This document shows positions 60,117 through 64,000 of a stretch of 64,000 nt of DNA, one piece after another; within the stretch, counting starts at the first letter, position 1; every line of letters begins with the position of its first letter. Source of the DNA: Dehalococcoidia bacterium (lineage in GTDB: Bacteria > Chloroflexota > Dehalococcoidia > Lucifugimonadales > VXLM01). The position numbers were made by a program, and so were the translations under genes. The stretch spans positions 1,954,507-2,018,506 of the forward strand of contig OY759598.1 in the NCBI GenBank assembly GCA_963662435.1, written 5' to 3'. Under the pieces are notes generated by a model. It had not been told where the DNA came from. It saw only the letters and a program-made list of their open reading frames with translations, and made no database searches.

Positions 60117-60704
60117 GTTCTGCTCTCGGTTGGAATGGTTGATGTGCAGTCCAATGATATCCACCTGCCTCGAGCGGTACAAGCAGTCCTCGCCCTGGGC
60201 ATTGTTGCCACTTCCCGCCATTGATATGAAAGTGAACGAGAATACACCCCTTGTCGTCATTACTTTGAAAATAACCCCCGACCAACCTCCCGTAGGGGCG
60301 ATTCGTGAATCGCCCTTACCGCCATATTCATGATTGGTGGTGTTGGTGACAGCCGACATGAGCGATTGCTGTGAAAATATATATGGCGAGTACGTTCGCC
60401 CTGAGCTTGTCGAAGGGCAGAATTGAGCAGTCTACAGTTCGAGTCCCGTTTTCATCCCCTTTTGTGGCCTTCGCAAGTCCATGGTCATTCCCGCGAATGC
60501 GGGAATGACGAATCTAATCTGATACCAAAGAGGATTTCGAGAATATCAACGCACCCGAGTCTCGAGGAAACGACACACCAAAACAACACGCCCACTTCTT
60601 CGATATGTCAACCTTGGATGAGGTTCCGGCTTTACACGGTCTCCTGTGATATCCTACACTCTGGGTAGTTGACCTAAGCAAATCTACCGTGAGGGAGGTA
60701 CACA

Positions 60705-60854
60705 ATGGGTAAAGGCGGACGCCCCAAGCGAGAGTCAAGGAAAACAAAGAAGACGGCACCCAGCATGTCGAGTATCTCTTCGGTCGGTATCGTAGCCACA
60801 CCCGAAGTCGAGATCGTCAGGAAGAAGCGAAAAGCGAGAGAAGAGGACATCTAG
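60705..60854 (+). CDS. Small basic 49-aa protein, below the ORF-track cutoff
   Basis: GGGAGGT RBS; MGKGGRPKRESRKTKKTAPSMSSISSVGIVATPEVEIVRKKRKAREEDI; followed by a hairpin. Confidence 0.7.
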   Translation: MGKGGRPKRESRKTKKTAPSMSSISSVGIVATPEVEIVRKKRKAREEDI

Positions 60855-60876
60855 CCGGAAAAAGCTACTGGAAGTA

Positions 60877-60912
60877 CGAAGGGGGCAGACATCAATCTGC
60901 CCCCTTCGCTTT
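60877..60912 (+). terminator. Hairpin terminator between convergent genes
   Basis: CGAAGGGGGCAGA-N6-TCTGCCCCCTTCG then CTTT. Confidence 0.7.
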
Positions 60913-60981
60913 GTTAAGGGTCAGGACTCTGCCGGCTCCTCCTTCCTCATACGATAAGGGAAGAGAACGGCAGCAGCTTAT

Positions 60982-61476
60982 TTATCCTTCAGACTCGCCG
61001 TCTTCACTTTCATCCACGGCTTCGGACTCCGATTCCGCTTCGACTTCAGGTTCTTCTTCCGGAGGCGGGGGCACAGCGACGAAACTGTATGTATCGCCGC
61101 CACCGGAAAGGAGACGCTCAACAACTCTCGGCGACGTATCGCGCGGATAGGGGCTGAGAGACCACTTGTCCTCCAGTATCTTGCTCACCTCTTCAGCAGT
61201 CATGGGCTTGTTCTCGTTCGCGAGCAGGACACGAAAGATCGACTCCTTCAGTGGAGTGTCCGGCAGGAGGAAGTCCCGATCGTCGGCGGCGTTCTCGGCC
61301 ACCTGCTGAATGAGGTCCTCGGCCTCCATATCCTCGATAACGTCAGCCGTCAGAGACTGTCGCATGACGTACCCCATGCGCGAAACGATCATCGGCTTGA
61401 TTGCCCTTCCATGATCGCCGGCGCTGTCTACGTCAATGTAGTACTCGGTCGCCTGTTGCTCGTTGGTCTCTACCAT
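60982..61476 (-). CDS. Hypothetical protein with possible winged helix and acidic tail
   Basis: LKESIFRVLLANENKPMTAEEVSKIL; E/D/S-rich C-terminus; AGGAG RBS. Confidence 0.75.
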   Translation of the reverse strand: MVETNEQQATEYYIDVDSAGDHGRAIKPMIVSRMGYVMRQSLTADVIEDMEAEDLIQQVAENAADDRDFLLPDTPLKESIFRVLLANENKPMTAEEVSKILEDKWSLSPYPRDTSPRVVERLLSGGGDTYSFVAVPPPPEEEPEVEAESESEAVDESEDGESEG

Positions 61477-61641
61477 GAGTCTCCTATCCTCGCCTTGCAA
61501 AGCTGACATACATTACTAGCACCATTACATGATTGGGTCAACGTTTTGTAGATGAATTGGCCCATTTCACTCGAATTAACACATGAGGGGTGCCGAGGGT
61601 TATTCGACAAGACACGCGAAAAACGAGCCGTGTGGAACCCG

Positions 61642-63006
61642 TCAAAGCGCCTGAAAGACTCCACCGACGAGATCGTCGTCAAGATACGTAGGAACAGTGC
61701 GAGGGTCGAGGAGGACTTGCTCCGACTCAATCCGTCCCACTATGGGGGGATCGCCGCGTCGCAATGCGGCGGCGAGAGCACTTGCCCCTCCCGTCACCCT
61801 CGTCGCATCGATGGACAGCAGGGTCGTGGGCAGCGTCTCGCCCGGCAAACTGCCGCCTCCCACAGTTGAGTGCCCCGAGCGCACGGAGGTCGGACCGCCG
61901 ATTGCAGACCTCCATGCCTCGGCTCTCCTTGCGAGTGCATTGGAAGACTGGGAAATCATCCGCCAGATGGGAACTTTCGAGGTCGCCTCGTCTCTGAAGT
62001 AGTAGAGTAGCGTCGCGTACAGAGCGGCCAGGCTCCCCTTGTCTATCCTCACCGCGCGGGCGAGGGGGTGTCTCGCGACCACACTTACGAGATCTTCCCT
62101 ACCGACGATGATGCCGGCCTGCGGTCCTCCCAGAAGCTTGTCCCCTGAGAAGAAGGCGAGAGAGGCCCCCTCCCGTACGCTCTCCTGCGGCATGGGCTCG
62201 TGGGCCATGCCGAACTGGGCGGTATCCAGGAGGCACCCGCTCCCGAGATCGTGAAGGACGGGAATGCCGGTACGCTCCCCCAGTTGGGTCAATTCCGTTA
62301 GCGACGGCATGTTGGTAAAGCCGACCACTCGGAAGTTGCTCGCGTGGACGGAGAGGACGGCCCCGGTGTCCTCGGTAATCGCGGCCTCGTAGTCGCGGAC
62401 ATAAGTCTTGTTGGTCGTTCCAACCTCCACGAGGCTCGCGCCACTCTGTTTGAGGACGTCGGGAATACGGAATCCTCCTCCGATCTCCACAGCCTCACCG
62501 CGTGAGACAATGACCTCCTTGCCATTCGCCACAGCCGCCAGCCCCAGGAGGACTGCGGAGGCATTGTTGTTGACCACCAGGGCGGCCTCGGCGCCGGTGA
62601 GTTTGCATAGAAGATCAGCGACACGTCCCTGTCGGGAACCACGTTGCCCTGTTTGAAGATCAAACTCGAGGTCTCCATAACCTTCCGAGGCGGTGCGCAT
62701 CGCATCCAATGCCTCGTCGCTCAGGGGGGCACGACCAAGATTGGTGTGGAGGATCACGCCGGTGGCGTTAATGACTGGCGTCGGGAGCGAGCGCGACAGG
62801 GTTGAGGCACGCTCTTCTATAGACTCCACCAGGGAATCGAGGTCGGGAACTGAGTTGCCATTCCGAATGGACTTTCGCGCTCCATCTATCTCGGACCTGA
62901 CAAGGTCGAGTACCGTGTCCCGCGAGAATACTTGAACGAGACTGAGCACTCGCTCATCGTCGAGAACTTCGTTGACACTGGGAAGATCACGGAACTGAGA
63001 TTCCAT
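61642..63006 (-). CDS. selA: L-seryl-tRNA(Sec) selenium transferase
   Basis: INATGVILHTNLGRAPL, VNNNA, EIGGGFRIPD, FSGDKLLGGPQAG. Confidence 0.97.
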   Translation of the reverse strand: MESQFRDLPSVNEVLDDERVLSLVQVFSRDTVLDLVRSEIDGARKSIRNGNSVPDLDSLVESIEERASTLSRSLPTPVINATGVILHTNLGRAPLSDEALDAMRTASEGYGDLEFDLQTGQRGSRQGRVADLLCKLTGAEAALVVNNNASAVLLGLAAVANGKEVIVSRGEAVEIGGGFRIPDVLKQSGASLVEVGTTNKTYVRDYEAAITEDTGAVLSVHASNFRVVGFTNMPSLTELTQLGERTGIPVLHDLGSGCLLDTAQFGMAHEPMPQESVREGASLAFFSGDKLLGGPQAGIIVGREDLVSVVARHPLARAVRIDKGSLAALYATLLYYFRDEATSKVPIWRMISQSSNALARRAEAWRSAIGGPTSVRSGHSTVGGGSLPGETLPTTLLSIDATRVTGGASALAAALRRGDPPIVGRIESEQVLLDPRTVPTYLDDDLVGGVFQAL

Positions 63007-63167
63007 AGCTTAGGTGAATTATACCTGACGACGTTGACGCTCTGCGGAGCCGAATCAGGCAGGCTCAAAATACCTTCCACTCATCCTGACCAAGTCCAAA
63101 ATGGCTGGCGTCCCACCTAGGCTGATTGTCTTGACATGCGGTCTGAGAGAGAATAGTTAATGTGACT

Positions 63168-63617
63168 ATGCTCGAAGTTGGCACTCAGGCTCCGGACTTC
63201 ACGATCACGCTCGGGACCGGCGACACGTTTACGCTCTCGGATTACCGGGGTCGAAATGTTGTGCTGTTTTTCTATCCGATGGCGTTTACCCCCGGCTGCT
63301 CAGCGGAAGTCGGGGGGTTTTGCGAATTCTACGGCGACATCTCCGCCTGGAACGCCGAGGTGATTGGAATCAGCTCCGACAAGCTGGAGACGGTCGAGCG
63401 GTTCGGCAACAAGATGGGAACACCCTTCCCGATGGGGAGCGACAGCAAGAAAGAGGTCCGCAAGCTGTATGGTGCCGAGCGGTTGTTTGGCCTGATCACT
63501 TCTCGGGTGACCTACGTCATCGACGGCGAAGGCACCATCCGGGGCTTGATTCACAGAGAATTCGGCGTCGCGAGTCACGTTGACTACGCGCTGAAGACGC
63601 TGGAGAGCCTGTCGTAG
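63168..63617 (+). CDS. bcp: BCP/PrxQ peroxiredoxin
   Basis: [25 protein letters not shown]. Confidence 0.88.
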   Translation: MLEVGTQAPDFTITLGTGDTFTLSDYRGRNVVLFFYPMAFTPGCSAEVGGFCEFYGDISAWNAEVIGISSDKLETVERFGNKMGTPFPMGSDSKKEVRKLYGAERLFGLITSRVTYVIDGEGTIRGLIHREFGVASHVDYALKTLESLS

Positions 63618-63645
63618 GACTGGACCAACCGATGTGAAGAAGGCT

Positions 63646-64000
63646 CTACGGTTTTGGCGCAGGTCCAATAATTCGGTAGCCCAGGTTCTCCTCCGTGCGG
63701 TCGGCAACGGGGAGAACTTCTATGAGTACATGTGACACTCCCACGACGTCACCGTTTTCGTCGAAGCTGTAGTTGTCACCGATCGCGCCGCTCCAGGTGA
63801 GGTTGTAGAGACAATCTCGAAAACCGTCGGCGTCCTGATCGTCATTGGTCTGCCTGAGACACTCGGCCGCTATGTGGACATCGTCGTAGGCGGAGCCTTG
63901 GAACCACGGCCAGGGAGCGAACCCGTCGTAGCGCGACTTGTAGTCTGCAAGGAAATCTCTCCCCACTGAGGTGTCCAGGTCCGGGTTGGGCACGACGGCC
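63646..64000 (-). CDS. C-terminus of a LivJ-like ABC substrate-binding protein (partial)
   Basis: FLADYKSRY, SAYDDV, GAIGDNYSFDENGD. Confidence 0.7.
   Translation of the reverse strand, partial: AVVPNPDLDTSVGRDFLADYKSRYDGFAPWPWFQGSAYDDVHIAAECLRQTNDDQDADGFRDCLYNLTWSGAIGDNYSFDENGDVVGVSHVLIEVLPVADRTEENLGYRIIGPAPKP

Noticed and set aside
60117..60359. N-terminal extension of the PhyH ORF
   Set aside because: It runs through a family 3 REP palindrome; family similarity begins near 60116.

Overview
GC-rich bacterial chromosomal segment. The gene content suggests Chloroflexota, probably Dehalococcoidia/SAR202-like; this is an inference from the paralog expansions, sodN, nuoABCDH, hspR-grpE-dnaK and selA. 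Housekeeping genes include coaE, glcDEF, aroC, sodN, trmI, dinB, nuoA-B-C-D-H, msrA, grpE, dnaK, acuC and selA. They are mixed with local paralog expansions (2 Eis-like GNATs, 2 GH10-like proteins, 3 tandem Nudix, 2 tandem plus 1 separate PhyH, 4 zinc-ribbon/DUF4870-like membrane genes). The window also has two type II toxin-antitoxin modules, a cargo-carrying IS1595 element and about six families of REP-like palindromes. The most unusual zone is 27.2-30.7 kb. A promoter-like site precedes a strongly structured non-coding region, then an 820-bp higher-order tandem repeat (142/178-bp monomers built on an 18-bp TCTCA sub-repeat). Two Fe(II)/2OG enzymes follow; both carry H-x-G instead of H-x-D, the signature of radical halogenases, and a DinB-family gene comes after them. 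A CbbQ/NorQ + 1086-aa CbbO/NorD-like chaperone pair with no recognisable client sits among CoA-metabolism genes. No rRNA, tRNA or CRISPR array was recognised. All calls are by eye, with no database searches.
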